From an uncultured Roseobacter sp. (lineage in GTDB: Bacteria > Pseudomonadota > Alphaproteobacteria > Rhodobacterales > Rhodobacteraceae): a stretch of DNA of 64,000 bases. The stretch lies in NCBI GenBank assembly GCA_947501635.1, contig CANMWT010000008.1, positions 163,349-227,348 of the forward strand. The letters run 5' to 3'. The notes under the pieces are model-generated. The model saw only the letters and a program-made list of their open reading frames with translations. It made no database searches and had not been told where the DNA came from. Positions 9,291-19,092 of the stretch are shown piece after piece. Within the stretch, counting starts at the first letter, position 1, and each line of letters opens with the position of its first letter. Made by a program: the position numbers and the translations under genes.

Positions 9291-10628
9291 TTACCGGTTC
9301 TTTACTGCACTGACGATGCGGGCGGGATAGTCGCTTGGAAAACTCCATACAGGGGAGTCCGGCGACAGCTGCTGAAGCCCACGGGTTTCGGCATCGAGAT
9401 CGTAGATCAAGGATACAAACATGTCGCTGCTGGCCCAGGGTGATGAGCGGAAGTAGGAGTGGCCGTTGCCAAAGGCCGAGCCCTCTGCACCGGACACGTC
9501 GATAAGCGTAAGCCCCTCAGTTGCACGTAGGCCGCGCCCGATTTCAATTTCGTTTTCAGTTTGGGCTTCGAATACCTGTCCAAGCCTGTCCACGCCCAGC
9601 ACCAGGCTCGACATGCGCAGTGCCGCATCTGTTGAAGACATGTAGACCGCAATCTCGTCGGTCAAACGCAAGATCCCATCATCCAGCGCCTGCGCAAAAT
9701 AGCTCCTGTCTACGTCGCTCCCGATCAGGATAAGCTTGCCAAGCCTTGGCGCACCCGAGCGTCCTTCGGGGTATTGCAACGCCAGATCATAGACCGCCTC
9801 AAACGCCAGACGCGAACCAGCGCTGTATCCAATGATATGGATGTTATCGGCGCCGGTATTCTGCGACAGAAGCTCAATGAACTGGCGCAGGTTTTTCCGA
9901 GTCGAATCCGCAGTTTCAAGATCTTTGAAGTAAGCCAGACGATTGGGGGTCGCAGGCCATGCGTATGTGATGAAAGCCCCGCGATAGCCCATGTAATGTT
10001 GCAACTCTTTGGCCGACAGGACTGGATACTCAAAATCTACGTTATAACCGTGCACATAAATGAAGATGTCGTTTTGCACTGTGGCGGCAAGTCTGTCGTT
10101 AATTGCGCGCATAAACCTGCCACCACCTTCCCGTTTTTCCTGTGCGCTCGGGGCATTGGGCAGAATGGAAATTGTGTCCACTGGCAGAAAACCGTGCTCA
10201 TCCACAGTCCGGATTCGCAGCAAACGCCTTTGGCTGTCCTGCTGGGACAGGCTGACGGCTTTTATCTCTTCCCAACCGGAGAACGGCGGGTCGGCTTGCA
10301 CGCGAACAGTGCCCGCGCGCAGCGCGAACCCCCGCTCGTTTGCATAAAATCTCTGCGCGTCCTCTTCCGTCGCCGGCCGCCGGTCCGTTACGTAGAATGC
10401 GATAGCCTCATCGCTGTAGTTGCTTTCATTGACACCCGGAAAAGGATCGACCTCTCCGGCCACATATACCGCAGGGGGCGGCATCAGTTCGATGGTATCA
10501 TAGATCGCATCACCACAAGCAGACAGCGACACAAGGGCAAGAAGGCCTGCCACGTTACCCGCGATACTTTTTGCACCTGAACATTTGCGCAAGCCCCATG
10601 CGTTGCACGTTTCAATATCGCGTTTCAT
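9291..10628 (-). CDS. alpha/beta hydrolase (DUF900-type) lipoprotein
   Basis: GYSAG nucleophile-elbow motif and a DUF900-like core (FIYVHGYNVDFEYP...HIIGYSAGS). Start set at ATG 10628 (MKRDIETC...), giving the lipobox LVSLSAC. The track ORF runs on to 11066 across rpmG and is spurious there. Confidence 0.7.
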   Translation of the reverse strand: MKRDIETCNAWGLRKCSGAKSIAGNVAGLLALVSLSACGDAIYDTIELMPPPAVYVAGEVDPFPGVNESNYSDEAIAFYVTDRRPATEEDAQRFYANERGFALRAGTVRVQADPPFSGWEEIKAVSLSQQDSQRRLLRIRTVDEHGFLPVDTISILPNAPSAQEKREGGGRFMRAINDRLAATVQNDIFIYVHGYNVDFEYPVLSAKELQHYMGYRGAFITYAWPATPNRLAYFKDLETADSTRKNLRQFIELLSQNTGADNIHIIGYSAGSRLAFEAVYDLALQYPEGRSGAPRLGKLILIGSDVDRSYFAQALDDGILRLTDEIAVYMSSTDAALRMSSLVLGVDRLGQVFEAQTENEIEIGRGLRATEGLTLIDVSGAEGSAFGNGHSYFRSSPWASSDMFVSLIYDLDAETRGLQQLSPDSPVWSFPSDYPARIVSAVKNR

Positions 10629-10717
10629 AACACCCCCGTTGCTATCGCTGTGTGTGAGCATGGAGCCTGTGCCGCTATGACACAACACACGAAAACCAAG
10701 CGCCCCGGGTCTCCAAC

Positions 10718-10747
10718 AAAAAAAGCCGCGCGAAAGCGCGGCTTTTT
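10718..10747. terminator. bidirectional rho-independent terminator (A7-AGCCGCGC-GAAA-GCGCGGCT-T5)
   Basis: Read directly. Sits immediately downstream of rpmG on the minus strand. Confidence 0.75.
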
Positions 10748-10768
10748 GCATAGCTGTTGCGGCAGACC

Positions 10769-10936
10769 TTACTTGATCTTGCCTTCCTTGTATTCGACGT
10801 GCTTGCGCGCGACGGGGTCGTATTTCTTGATGACCATTTTCTCGGTCATCGTGCGCGCGTTCTTTTTTGTGACGTAGAAATGGCCTGTCCCCGCCGAGGA
10901 GTTCAGACGAATCTTGATCGTGGTTGGCTTGGCCAT
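10769..10936 (-). CDS. rpmG: 50S ribosomal protein L33
   Basis: Own translation: [55 protein letters not shown] (55 aa). AGGAGA lies upstream. Too short for the ORF track. Confidence 0.95.
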   Translation of the reverse strand: MAKPTTIKIRLNSSAGTGHFYVTKKNARTMTEKMVIKKYDPVARKHVEYKEGKIK

Positions 10937-11066
10937 GTGTTATCTCCTGCTGCAGCCCTGCTCTGCCGAGGGGCCACGTGAAATCCTGAAGCCCGGCTTT
11001 TACTGGGATCAGCGCGCGAGTCAACTGCAAAAGGGTGCGTGATTTCGGCTTTTCTCGTCCAGACAT

Positions 11067-11098
11067 CCAAAACGGTCGGGGCGCTCTATGCCCCGACC
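11067..11098 (-). terminator. stem-loop terminator after the ammonium transporter gene (GGTCGGGGC-N7-GCCCCGACC then GUUUUGG)
   Basis: 9-bp GC-rich stem read directly, 12 nt downstream of the stop codon. Confidence 0.6.
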
Positions 11099-11109
11099 TC
11101 TGCCCATTC

Positions 11110-12291
11110 TCATGAACTCATGTCATATGCGCGCTCGCCATGCGAAGACAAGTCCAGCCCGTTGGTTTCGTCTTCAGCATTCACACGCAAGGGAACAACC
11201 GCTTTAACGACCAGAATGATGATGGTGGTCGTGACGGCCGTCCAAACGCCAACAACAGCAAGCCCGCCCAGTTGCGCCGTCCACGATGCATGGCCAAAGA
11301 CTGCGAGCATCACGATGCCAAACATGCCGCCCACACCGTGGACCGCAAAGACATCCAGTGTGTCATCGATCTTCAGACCGTGTTTCACGAGGCTGCATAG
11401 CTCATGGCACATCACACCCGCGACACCCCCGATCAACATTGCCTCTACTGGCCCGACAGAACCCGACGCGGGCGTGATAGAAGCCAGTCCCGCGATCGTG
11501 CCGGTAACCATACCAACCAGTGATGCCTTGCCATAGCGGATTTTCTCCCAGGCGGCCCAGGTCAGGGAAGCGGTCGCCGCGGATATATGCGTAACTGTCA
11601 GTGCCATGGCAGCCCCACCATCTGCGGCCAATTGAGACCCACCGTTAAAGCCGAACCAGCCAACCCACAGCATCGCGGCACCAATCATCACCATACCCGG
11701 ATTGTGCGGTGGCACCTTCATGGTTTTACGCGGACCCAACATCGCTGCGAGGATCAAGGCAGCGATGCCGGCGGTCTGGTGTACCACGATACCCCCTGCA
11801 AAATCGTTCACCCCGTCCTCAAAGAGCGACCACTCTGCCCCGGCAAGAAGGCCGCCGCCCCAAATCCAATGCGCAACGGGCGCGTAGCACAACAGCATCC
11901 ACAGCGACGAAAAGAGCAGCACAAAACCAAAACTGATGCGTTCCACATAGGCTCCGACAATCAGCGCGGGCGTGATGATCGCAAAAGTCATTTGGAAAGC
12001 AAAGAACAACACTTCGGGAATTGTGCCCGACAGGCTATCTGCAGTGACGCCGCTGAGGAAAGCCTTGTCCAGGCCGCCCCAAAAGGCGTTGCCCTCCCCG
12101 AAAGCGATGGAATAGCCTGCCGCCAGCCAAAGCAGGCTCATCAGGCAGGCAATTGAAAAACATTGCATAAAAACGCTGAGTACGTTGCGTGCGCGCACCA
12201 GCCCACCATAAAACAACGCCAGCCCTGGCAGTGTCATAAATAGCACAAGTGCCGTTGCAACTATGATCCAGGCTGTATCTGCTCCGACCAT
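11110..12291 (-). CDS. amt: ammonium transporter (Amt family)
   Basis: 393 aa. The N-terminus LVLFMTLPGLALFYGGLVRARN and the multi-TM pattern fit the Amt/MEP family. No adjacent glnK. Confidence 0.9.
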   Translation of the reverse strand: MVGADTAWIIVATALVLFMTLPGLALFYGGLVRARNVLSVFMQCFSIACLMSLLWLAAGYSIAFGEGNAFWGGLDKAFLSGVTADSLSGTIPEVLFFAFQMTFAIITPALIVGAYVERISFGFVLLFSSLWMLLCYAPVAHWIWGGGLLAGAEWSLFEDGVNDFAGGIVVHQTAGIAALILAAMLGPRKTMKVPPHNPGMVMIGAAMLWVGWFGFNGGSQLAADGGAAMALTVTHISAATASLTWAAWEKIRYGKASLVGMVTGTIAGLASITPASGSVGPVEAMLIGGVAGVMCHELCSLVKHGLKIDDTLDVFAVHGVGGMFGIVMLAVFGHASWTAQLGGLAVVGVWTAVTTTIIILVVKAVVPLRVNAEDETNGLDLSSHGERAYDMSS

Positions 12292-12470
12292 GATATGTCC
12301 CTCTTCTTTTTTGCTGACGGAGAGGTGACCGAAACAAATGCCTAATTGAACAGCATTTTGACAAATATACGCCCTTAAATTAAGCGATACGCAAACAGAT
12401 TAAAAATTAATCAAAAATCAGCATATTTTGCACATTATTTTAGCGATTTGCGAAGTCGCTTTCAGCTCAA

Positions 12471-12873
12471 TTGCGCGGAGAGCCTGTAAGCCGGATTCTG
12501 TTCACCGGGTCTCCCCGGGTCGATGACCATTCCTCTTGCTCGGCGGTTACCCGCAAAGCTCCAGCTGCCAACCCGGACCTGCTGGGGCAAAAGCGGCCCC
12601 GTCTTGCGACGCGCGGTCCCTATTTGGCATTGCTCCTGGTGGGGCTTGCCGTGCCGCCACTGTTACCAGTGGCGCGGTGGGCTCTTACCCCACCTTTTCA
12701 CCCTTACCGGCTGCCGGTTTCGGTTACCCGACCTTACAGCTGGCGGTTTGTTTTCTGTGGCGCTTTCCGTCGGGTTACCCCGCCCGGGCGTTACCCGGCA
12801 CCATCGCTTTTTGGAGTCCGGACTTTCCTCGACACCGATGCGATGCCGCGGCCATCCGGCTCTCCGCGCGTGT
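12471..12873 (-). ncRNA. rnpB: RNase P RNA, bacterial type A
   Basis: The reverse strand carries GAGGAAAGUCCGG, ACAGAAAACAAACCGCC, GGUAAGGGUGAAAAGGUGGGGUAAGAGCCCACC and ACAGAAUCCGGCUUACAG. P1 pairing is GCGCGGAGAGCC (12858..12870 region) with GGCUCUCCGCGC (12473..12484). Ends are good to about +/-10 nt. Confidence 0.9.
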
Positions 12874-12923
12874 TGGCTGATGCTCTGAAACGGCTGGCAG
12901 GTCAATGGCTGAAATTACGGGAT

Positions 12924-12958
12924 GCCTCCGGCGGGGATATTTGGAGACCAAAGAAAGG
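12924..12958 (+). repeat. 35-bp element, copy 1 (GCCTCCGGCGGGGATATTTGGAGACCAAAGAAAGG)
   Basis: Matches the reverse complement of 16814..16848 at 33/35 positions. Intergenic, between the ampD stop and the rnpB 5' end. Confidence 0.8.
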
Positions 12959-13591
12959 TCAGATTTGGTAGAAGAGCTGGAGGTCTTGAGCGGTTTCAGG
13001 GCCGTGGCGCCAAGGCGCGAAACGCAGTCTTGTCGATTGCAGCAGCACCTCCGGGTCACGCGTTGCAGTGAAGCCCGAAGCCCGCGCAGTTTCAACAAAA
13101 CCTTGGGGATCCGGCGGCGGAACGGTCGGACCTGCAAGGCCCTGCCGGGCCAGCCTTGCCCAGTCAAAACGGGGGCCGGGATCTTTCTTGCGGCCCGGCG
13201 CCATGTCGGAATGTCCGATGATATCGCAAGGATCGATTGGCCATCTTCCGAGGATTTCCTGCAACAGGGATTCGAGAGCGCACATTTGAGGCTCGGGAAA
13301 AGGCGTATGCCCGCTGTTGTCCAGTTCGATGCCTATAGATCGCGAGTTGATGTCACTTTGACCGCGCCATTCGCCGGCCCCCGCATGCCAGGCACGCTGG
13401 TCTTCTGCGACCATCCCGGTGATGCACCCTGTTTTCGAGATAAGGTAATGTGCCGAGACTTCTGTTGCGGGATCACAAAGCCGCGCGATCGCCTCTTGTG
13501 CGCTTTGCATCGCGGTGTAGTGGATGACAATGATATTTGGCGTCAGCCCATTTTTGCGCGGTCCTTGGTTTGGAGAGGGGCACCACTCCAA
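12959..13591 (-). CDS. ampD: N-acetylmuramoyl-L-alanine amidase (AmpD-like)
   Basis: Amidase_2 motifs present (IVIHYTAM...AWHAG...GIEL...GHSD). Start placed at TTG 13591 (MEWCPSPNQG...), 5 nt after the upstream stop. Alternative ATG starts at 13645 and 13651 would overlap the upstream gene by about 50 nt. The track ORF extends to 13852. Confidence 0.8.
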   Translation of the reverse strand: MEWCPSPNQGPRKNGLTPNIIVIHYTAMQSAQEAIARLCDPATEVSAHYLISKTGCITGMVAEDQRAWHAGAGEWRGQSDINSRSIGIELDNSGHTPFPEPQMCALESLLQEILGRWPIDPCDIIGHSDMAPGRKKDPGPRFDWARLARQGLAGPTVPPPDPQGFVETARASGFTATRDPEVLLQSTRLRFAPWRHGPETAQDLQLFYQI

Positions 13592-13595
13592 AATG

Positions 13596-14309
13596 TCAGC
13601 CTTGCGCTGCCTTGCGGAAGGGTGCGGGGTTCCACGAACAGGCATATCCATCACCGTCCGGATCAAGCCCTTTGCGATCGCGCAGCGGGCCTCCCCGTGC
13701 CAGAAAATCCATCTGCGCCTGATCCGGGGAAGGGTACTGCCTGCAATTCCGCTCGGCCCGTGCCGCACCGTTGAAACCTGCACGCGCATATACTTTCGTG
13801 CCCACCGGATGATTTGTGGAAAGCGCAAACGCCACGATGTTCGGCTGTTCATTGCCGTCGCGCTCGGGAAGCGCTTGCGGTTGGATCAGTTGATACTGCG
13901 CGCGGTTCTGCGCCAGCCGCTCTGCATCCCCTTCAATAGTTCGTTGGCCGCTGACCGCGTCAAAGTTGTTTTCCTGCGAGATGCCCGCGCTGTTGGCCAC
14001 CGCCTGAGTGGAGGGGGCTGTGCTTGCCGGTCTGGTCTGCTGCAGGATCAGCGCGGTTTGTGCCGCGGTATCTTCAGCGGAGCCGGCGACAGGCTCGGTT
14101 CCGGTGATCGGCGGCGGCGCGCCGGTGCCGCCCTCGGGCGGCAGAACGGTGAGCGGCGTGCGCGCACTCGTGCCTTGTAACGCCGCATCGCGTTGCTGCG
14201 TTGCCTGATAAGAATCAAAGCCCACGCCCCGCGCACTGTCGGGCACTTGCGGCGCACATGCTGCAACCGCCAATATCAGACCCGCGGATAGAACAACCTT
14301 AGCCTTCAT
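13596..14309 (-). CDS. lipoprotein with Pro/Thr-rich linker and C-terminal Excalibur-like DPDGDGYAC motif
   Basis: Start set at ATG 14309 (MKAKVVLSAGLILAVAAC, with lipobox). Function unknown. Confidence 0.6.
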   Translation of the reverse strand: MKAKVVLSAGLILAVAACAPQVPDSARGVGFDSYQATQQRDAALQGTSARTPLTVLPPEGGTGAPPPITGTEPVAGSAEDTAAQTALILQQTRPASTAPSTQAVANSAGISQENNFDAVSGQRTIEGDAERLAQNRAQYQLIQPQALPERDGNEQPNIVAFALSTNHPVGTKVYARAGFNGAARAERNCRQYPSPDQAQMDFLARGGPLRDRKGLDPDGDGYACSWNPAPFRKAAQG

Positions 14310-14346
14310 GCTTAAAACGCCCCATGTTGTGTCTGCACGGACAAGG

Positions 14347-15834
14347 CTACCACCATTTAGAGGGTTTGGCCACAAATCCTGCCCGGTTTTCCAATGCAAA
14401 GGCAGTATTCAGCAAATCGGCCTCTTCCCACGGACGACCGATAAGTTGCAATCCAAGCGGCAACCCCTGATGGTCCAGCCCCGCAGGCACGGCAACACCG
14501 GGCAAACCAGCCAAATTGACCGTAACCGTAAAGACATCGTTGAGATACATGGCCACCGGGTCTGCATCCGTCATCTCACCAAGACCGAAAGCGGCAGAAG
14601 GTGTTGCCGGCGTGAGGATTGCATCAATACCTTGCGCGAAGGCATCCTCAAAGTCGCGCTTGATAAGGGTTCTGACCTTACGTGCACGGTTGTAGTAAGC
14701 GTCGTAGAAGCCTGCCGAGAGGACATAGGTGCCGATCATCACGCGCCGTTGCACTTCAGGTCCAAACCCTTCTGCGCGGGTTTTTTCATACATCTCGGTG
14801 ATGCCGTCGCCCTGTTCTAGCCTGGCACGGTGTCCGTAACGCACGCCATCATAGCGCGCGAGGTTCGATGACGCCTCAGCAGGTGCGATCACATAGTAGG
14901 CAGGCAAAGCGTATTTTGTATGCGGAAGGGAGATGTCGGCAATCTTAGCGCCTGCGTCCTTCATCATCGCGATACCGTCCTGCCAGAGTGTTTCAATCTC
15001 TGCCGGCATGCCATCCATTCGATATTCTTTGGGGATACCAATTTTCTTTCCGCGAATATCCCCCGTCAGCGCCGCCTCGAAATCCGGCACCGGCAAATCG
15101 GCAGACGTACTGTCTTTGGGATCGTGCCCCGACATTGCTTCCAGCATGATTGCGGCATCGCGCACCGATTTCGTCATGGGACCGGCCTGATCCAGCGAAG
15201 ACGCAAAGGCCACAATCCCCCAACGCGAGCATCGCCCATAAGTCGGCTTGATCCCCACCGTGCCGGTGAACGCGGCAGGCTGGCGGATTGAACCACCGGT
15301 ATCCGTTCCGGTTGCAGCAAGGCACAGATCGGCCGCGACAGCTGCCGCAGACCCGCCCGAAGACCCGCCCGGTGTCAACTCTGCTGCATCTTTGTCGCGC
15401 CGCCACGGGTTGACCGCATTGCCATAGACAGATGTCTCGTTGGATGAACCCATGGCAAACTCGTCCATGTTCAGCTTGCCCAGCATCACAGCGCCGGCAT
15501 CAGCCAGATTTTGCGATACGGTGGATTCGTATTCCGGCAAAAACCCATCGAGAATTCGTGAACCCGCCTGAGACGCGACACCTTTGGTGCAAAAGAGATC
15601 CTTTATACCTACCGGCAATCCACACATCGCAGGTGCATCGCCCCCCGCAATACGTTCATCCGCCGCCGCAGCACGTGCCATCGCCAGATCAGGCGTCTTG
15701 TGCACGAAGGCGTTCAGACTGTCCGCGCCCTCGATCGCCTGCAAACAGGCCTCCGTCAACGCCACGGCAGTTGTTTCTCCGGCCCGCAGGGCATCGCGCG
15801 CTTCGGCCAATCCCAATTCATTTAACTTGGACAT
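14347..15834 (-). CDS. gatA: Asp-tRNA(Asn)/Glu-tRNA(Gln) amidotransferase subunit A
   Basis: 495 aa with the amidase signature ([12 protein letters not shown]). Its start overlaps the gatC stop by 1 nt. Confidence 0.95.
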   Translation of the reverse strand: MSKLNELGLAEARDALRAGETTAVALTEACLQAIEGADSLNAFVHKTPDLAMARAAAADERIAGGDAPAMCGLPVGIKDLFCTKGVASQAGSRILDGFLPEYESTVSQNLADAGAVMLGKLNMDEFAMGSSNETSVYGNAVNPWRRDKDAAELTPGGSSGGSAAAVAADLCLAATGTDTGGSIRQPAAFTGTVGIKPTYGRCSRWGIVAFASSLDQAGPMTKSVRDAAIMLEAMSGHDPKDSTSADLPVPDFEAALTGDIRGKKIGIPKEYRMDGMPAEIETLWQDGIAMMKDAGAKIADISLPHTKYALPAYYVIAPAEASSNLARYDGVRYGHRARLEQGDGITEMYEKTRAEGFGPEVQRRVMIGTYVLSAGFYDAYYNRARKVRTLIKRDFEDAFAQGIDAILTPATPSAAFGLGEMTDADPVAMYLNDVFTVTVNLAGLPGVAVPAGLDHQGLPLGLQLIGRPWEEADLLNTAFALENRAGFVAKPSKWW

Positions 15835-16121
15835 TATTCAACCACCTTTGGCACTGCAAAAAAGCCCTCGCGCGCATCAGGTGCATTGGACAGCACCCGC
15901 GCCTGCTGGTCTCCGTCTGTCACGACATCCGCGCGGCGCTTCAGGCCCTGCGGCGTGACCGACACCATGGGGTCCACACCCTCAACATCGACCTCGTTGA
16001 GTTGTTCGATGAACCCCAGGATCGTGTTGAACTCTCCGGCCAAAGCGGGCAAAGCCTCCGGCTCCACCTTGATCCGGGCAAGTTTCGCCACATGCGCCGC
16101 CGTACTTTCATCAATCGACAT
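15834..16121 (-). CDS. gatC: Asp-tRNA(Asn)/Glu-tRNA(Gln) amidotransferase subunit C
   Basis: 95 aa, [22 protein letters not shown]..., in the typical gatC position upstream of gatA. Confidence 0.9.
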   Translation of the reverse strand: MSIDESTAAHVAKLARIKVEPEALPALAGEFNTILGFIEQLNEVDVEGVDPMVSVTPQGLKRRADVVTDGDQQARVLSNAPDAREGFFAVPKVVE

Positions 16122-16149
16122 ATGTCACCCTGTTCTACCTGCGCGCCAT

Positions 16150-16806
16150 TTACCCCGCTTGCGCAGCCTTGCCAAGCCTCAGACGCCGGTAAACCTCGAT
16201 CATCCAGCCCAGCATCACCGCGTTCAGCAAATGCCACATGAAATGCGTCCCCATCGGCCAGTGGCGACACAGCGGCTCGTCCAAGGTGCGAAACGTCAGT
16301 GACACCAACAAAAGCACAGCCCCCAGCGCCATACCGAGGGCAAACGCCCGATGCTTTCGTCGCAAAAAGTAGGCGTATATGAGGATCAGAACAGGCACCG
16401 GCCCATATCCCGCCGACGACCCCAAACCGGGCACTTGCGAAAACACCGGCACCAGGGCCGCTGCGTAAGGCAAAAACAAAACCGTGGCACCCGCCGCGGA
16501 CCAAACACGCAAGCCGACCGCGTCTCTGTTCACCGCAAAAAGATAGAGCAGGATAAACAACACGATCGGCACCACATCGGCCATTGCAGCCCAAACCTGA
16601 GCATGGGTGTGAAACAGAAAACTGCCAACCCCGATCGCCCCCAACACGACGCACAATGCCCGCGCAAGAAACATCCCACGCGTGCGCTGCCACATCACCG
16701 CTGCCGCCACCAGAAACGCCATATTTGTCAACGCATTGACCGGCTCCGCCCAATACGCCTCACCGATGCGCTCGCAATACCCGTCCAAGGCCTGCAACAA
16801 CTCCAA
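16150..16806 (-). CDS. ceramidase-family-like integral membrane protein
   Basis: The DGYCER...AEPVNALTN N-terminus and multi-TM body resemble the alkaline-ceramidase-like family. Start is uncertain. TTG 16806 is preceded by AAGGAA. The track uses TTG 16863, which would place the 35-bp repeat inside the coding sequence. Confidence 0.55.
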   Translation of the reverse strand: MELLQALDGYCERIGEAYWAEPVNALTNMAFLVAAAVMWQRTRGMFLARALCVVLGAIGVGSFLFHTHAQVWAAMADVVPIVLFILLYLFAVNRDAVGLRVWSAAGATVLFLPYAAALVPVFSQVPGLGSSAGYGPVPVLILIYAYFLRRKHRAFALGMALGAVLLLVSLTFRTLDEPLCRHWPMGTHFMWHLLNAVMLGWMIEVYRRLRLGKAAQAG

Positions 16807-16813
16807 AGCATTT

Positions 16814-16848
16814 CCTTTCTTTGGTCTTAAAATATCCCCGCCGGAGGC
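16814..16848 (-). repeat. 35-bp element, copy 2 (inverted relative to copy 1)
   Basis: Plus strand reads CCTTTCTTTGGTCTTAAAATATCCCCGCCGGAGGC. Lies in the divergent intergenic region between the ceramidase-like gene and the UPF0173 gene. Confidence 0.8.
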
Positions 16849-16905
16849 TCCCCAGCGCAGCAAAAGGCGGTTAAGGTCGAGATAGTGTATTGAAGGAGAG
16901 GCTCA

Positions 16906-17595
16906 ATGAAAATCACTTGGCTCGGACACGGGAGCTTTCGTCTCGAAATCGCAAATCAGGTCTTGCTGGTAGACCCCTGGCTCACAGGCAACCCGGTATT
17001 GCCTGAAGACCAGCACGAGGCCGCAACCCAAGGCGCCGATTTTATCCTGATCACACACGGTCACTTTGATCACACGGCAGATCTGGTCGCGCTCTCCAAA
17101 AAACTAAATGCGCCCGCTGTGGGGATGTACGACTTCATGGGGCACTTCGAAACCAATGACGGTCTGAATGTGATCGGGTTCAACATAGGCGGGACGGTAA
17201 TGCTCGGCGACGTGGCGGTCAGTATGGTGCCGGCACTGCATTCAAACTCTTACGTGCAAGCGCCCCAAGCCCCCGTCGGACGTGAGGTGGGCTTTATTCT
17301 GAAAGGCGAGGGTCATACGCTTTATGTCTCCGGCGACACTGGCATCATGGCGGATATGGAATGGATCGGCGATTATTACAAACCTGACATTGGGATCCTC
17401 AGCGCTGGCGGGCACTTCACCATGGATATGAAGGCAACCGCCTATGCCGCCAGAAAATATTTTGACTTCAAGACCGTGATTCCCTGTCACTACAAGACCT
17501 TCGACATCCTGGAACAGTCCGCCCAGGACCTCATCGAAGGCCTGCCAGGCGTTGATGTCATCGAGCCCCAAGTCATGGTGGCAATCGAAATCTGA
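16906..17595 (+). CDS. UPF0173-type metal-dependent hydrolase (MBL fold)
   Basis: 229 aa. MKITWLGHGSF...ILITHGHFDHT motif. GAAGGAGAG lies upstream. Confidence 0.8.
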   Translation: MKITWLGHGSFRLEIANQVLLVDPWLTGNPVLPEDQHEAATQGADFILITHGHFDHTADLVALSKKLNAPAVGMYDFMGHFETNDGLNVIGFNIGGTVMLGDVAVSMVPALHSNSYVQAPQAPVGREVGFILKGEGHTLYVSGDTGIMADMEWIGDYYKPDIGILSAGGHFTMDMKATAYAARKYFDFKTVIPCHYKTFDILEQSAQDLIEGLPGVDVIEPQVMVAIEI

Positions 17596-17599
17596 CCGG

Positions 17600-18559
17600 A
17601 TGTATACCCCCTCGCCGGAACTGGCCGCCGTCGTCACCCGCTGGAACGAAGCGGTCCGCACCAAAGATACTGAAAGCCTGCGCAACATGCTCTCTGACAG
17701 CGAAATGCTGCGCTATGTCGGCACAGCACAAGGTGAATTCTGGGGCGGCGAAATTCTGCGCCAGGGCATTGGCGATCACCTGGGCGAGGTGCCCGAATTT
17801 CACTACAGGGACGCCCGCATCGAAGCCTTTGAATGCGGACAAACCGGTTGGGCACTCTGGACGGGATTCATTTATTTTCCGAACACGGATGTGCTGTCGG
17901 ACTATCGCATCAGCTTCGTGTTTGGACTGGAACGCGGGCTTTGGAAAATCGTGCAAATCCATATCTCCAATCCGACACCCAACTTCGAAAAACTCGGGAT
18001 CGAACATCAGGCGCTGGATGCGCTGATGGCCGCCGCTGAAGCAGGCAACCTCGGCCTCGGTAAAGAAGGTATGGCCACGATCATGTTCACCGATGTGGTC
18101 GATAGCTCAATTCTCGCAGGGCAGATGGGCGACAGGGCCTGGTTGGGCCGTATCGACCAACACCTTCAATCCGTGCAACAGCTCGTTGCAGACAACGGCG
18201 GAACGCTTGTTAAATCCCTGGGCGACGGCACCATGTCGACGTTCAATTCGACACGCGCTGCACTGAAAGCGGCGAAAGCCATTCAACACAATGCGACAGC
18301 CGACACACAAGAACCCGTGCTGCGCCTGCGCATTGGCATTCACACCGGCGAGGTTATCGAGAACAAGGGGGATTTCTTTGGTACCGTGGTCAATAAGGCG
18401 GCCCGGATCAATGCGGCGGCGGCCCCCGGCGAGACACTTGTATCAGAGGCAACCCAAATCATTCTCGGCCACAATGACGGTTTTGTTCTGAGTGATCCCA
18501 AAGAAATGACCTTGAAAGGTCTGCCGGGAACGCACCGGCTCTATCGCCTGACAGGCTGA
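17600..18559 (+). CDS. class III adenylate/guanylate cyclase with N-terminal SnoaL/NTF2-like domain
   Basis: The C-terminal cyclase core is present (IMFTDVVDSS...GDGTMSTF...RIGIHTGEV...GTVVNKAARI). Start set at ATG 17600, 4 nt after the upstream stop. Confidence 0.8.
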   Translation: MYTPSPELAAVVTRWNEAVRTKDTESLRNMLSDSEMLRYVGTAQGEFWGGEILRQGIGDHLGEVPEFHYRDARIEAFECGQTGWALWTGFIYFPNTDVLSDYRISFVFGLERGLWKIVQIHISNPTPNFEKLGIEHQALDALMAAAEAGNLGLGKEGMATIMFTDVVDSSILAGQMGDRAWLGRIDQHLQSVQQLVADNGGTLVKSLGDGTMSTFNSTRAALKAAKAIQHNATADTQEPVLRLRIGIHTGEVIENKGDFFGTVVNKAARINAAAAPGETLVSEATQIILGHNDGFVLSDPKEMTLKGLPGTHRLYRLTG

Positions 18560-18563
18560 CAGC

Positions 18564-18589
18564 GCCGGCACAGGTATTGCCATGCCGGC
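18564..18589. terminator. stem-loop (GCCGGCA-N12-TGCCGGC) between convergent cyclase and tadA genes
   Basis: Read directly. 7-bp stem. The terminator role is tentative. Confidence 0.4.
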
Positions 18590-18590
18590 T

Positions 18591-19040
18591 TCAGCGTTTT
18601 GCGAGGAAAAACCCCCTGAGCATGGCCTCTGCCTCCGCTGCCGCGATCCCGTCATAAACTTCGGGAACATGATGGCATTGAGGGTGGGAAAAGACCCTTG
18701 CGCCCTGTGCGACGCCACCCGATTTTGGATCAGCGGCACCGTAGTATAGCTTGTCGATCCGAGCCGCAGCGATCGCGGCCGCACACATGGCACAGGGCTC
18801 CAGCGTGACATATAGCGTATGCCCCACCAGCCTCTCTGAACCGGCCGCAGAACAAGCCGCGCGGATAGCAAGCATCTCGGCATGGGCTGTCGGGTCGCTG
18901 TCTTGTCGCGTGCGGTTGCCTGCGGCGGCAACGACCTGCCCTTGCGGGTCTACGACGACAGCACCCACAGGTACTTCGCCACGCTTGGCAGCAGCGCGCG
19001 CTTCGGACAGTGCCATCTCCATATGCGTGTTAAACTTCAT
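18591..19040 (-). CDS. tadA: tRNA adenosine(34) deaminase
   Basis: CMP/dCMP deaminase zinc motifs HAE...PCAMC. Start set at ATG 19040 (MKFNTHMEMAL...). Confidence 0.85.
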   Translation of the reverse strand: MKFNTHMEMALSEARAAAKRGEVPVGAVVVDPQGQVVAAAGNRTRQDSDPTAHAEMLAIRAACSAAGSERLVGHTLYVTLEPCAMCAAAIAAARIDKLYYGAADPKSGGVAQGARVFSHPQCHHVPEVYDGIAAAEAEAMLRGFFLAKR

Positions 19041-19092
19041 GGCAGCAGACTGGCCGCAAAGTGATGGCTTTCGCAAGCCCCGCAAAGAGGAT

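Noticed and set aside
10629-11066. N-terminal 146 codons of the 591-aa ORF 9291..11066
   Set aside because: The extension runs through a strong bidirectional terminator and overlaps, in another frame, the same-strand rpmG gene. The hydrolase has a proper lipoprotein signal starting at ATG 10628.
12292-12470. AT-rich region upstream of the ammonium transporter, scanned for a sigma-54 (TGGCAC-N5-TTGC) promoter or NtrC sites
   Set aside because: I could find no GG-N10-GC element or convincing NtrC-type dyad by eye on the relevant strand.
12471-12971. Three overlapping plus-strand ORFs (12471..12971, 12523..12888, 12536..12880) and minus-strand ORFs 12663..12905 and 12775..13167
   Set aside because: The region is the RNase P RNA gene on the minus strand, with all universal rnpB motifs present. 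The ORFs are artefacts of structured GC-rich RNA sequence.
18751-19092. Upstream extension of the pseudouridine synthase ORF
   Set aside because: It is antisense to tadA. The S4 domain begins just after ATG 19093/19105.
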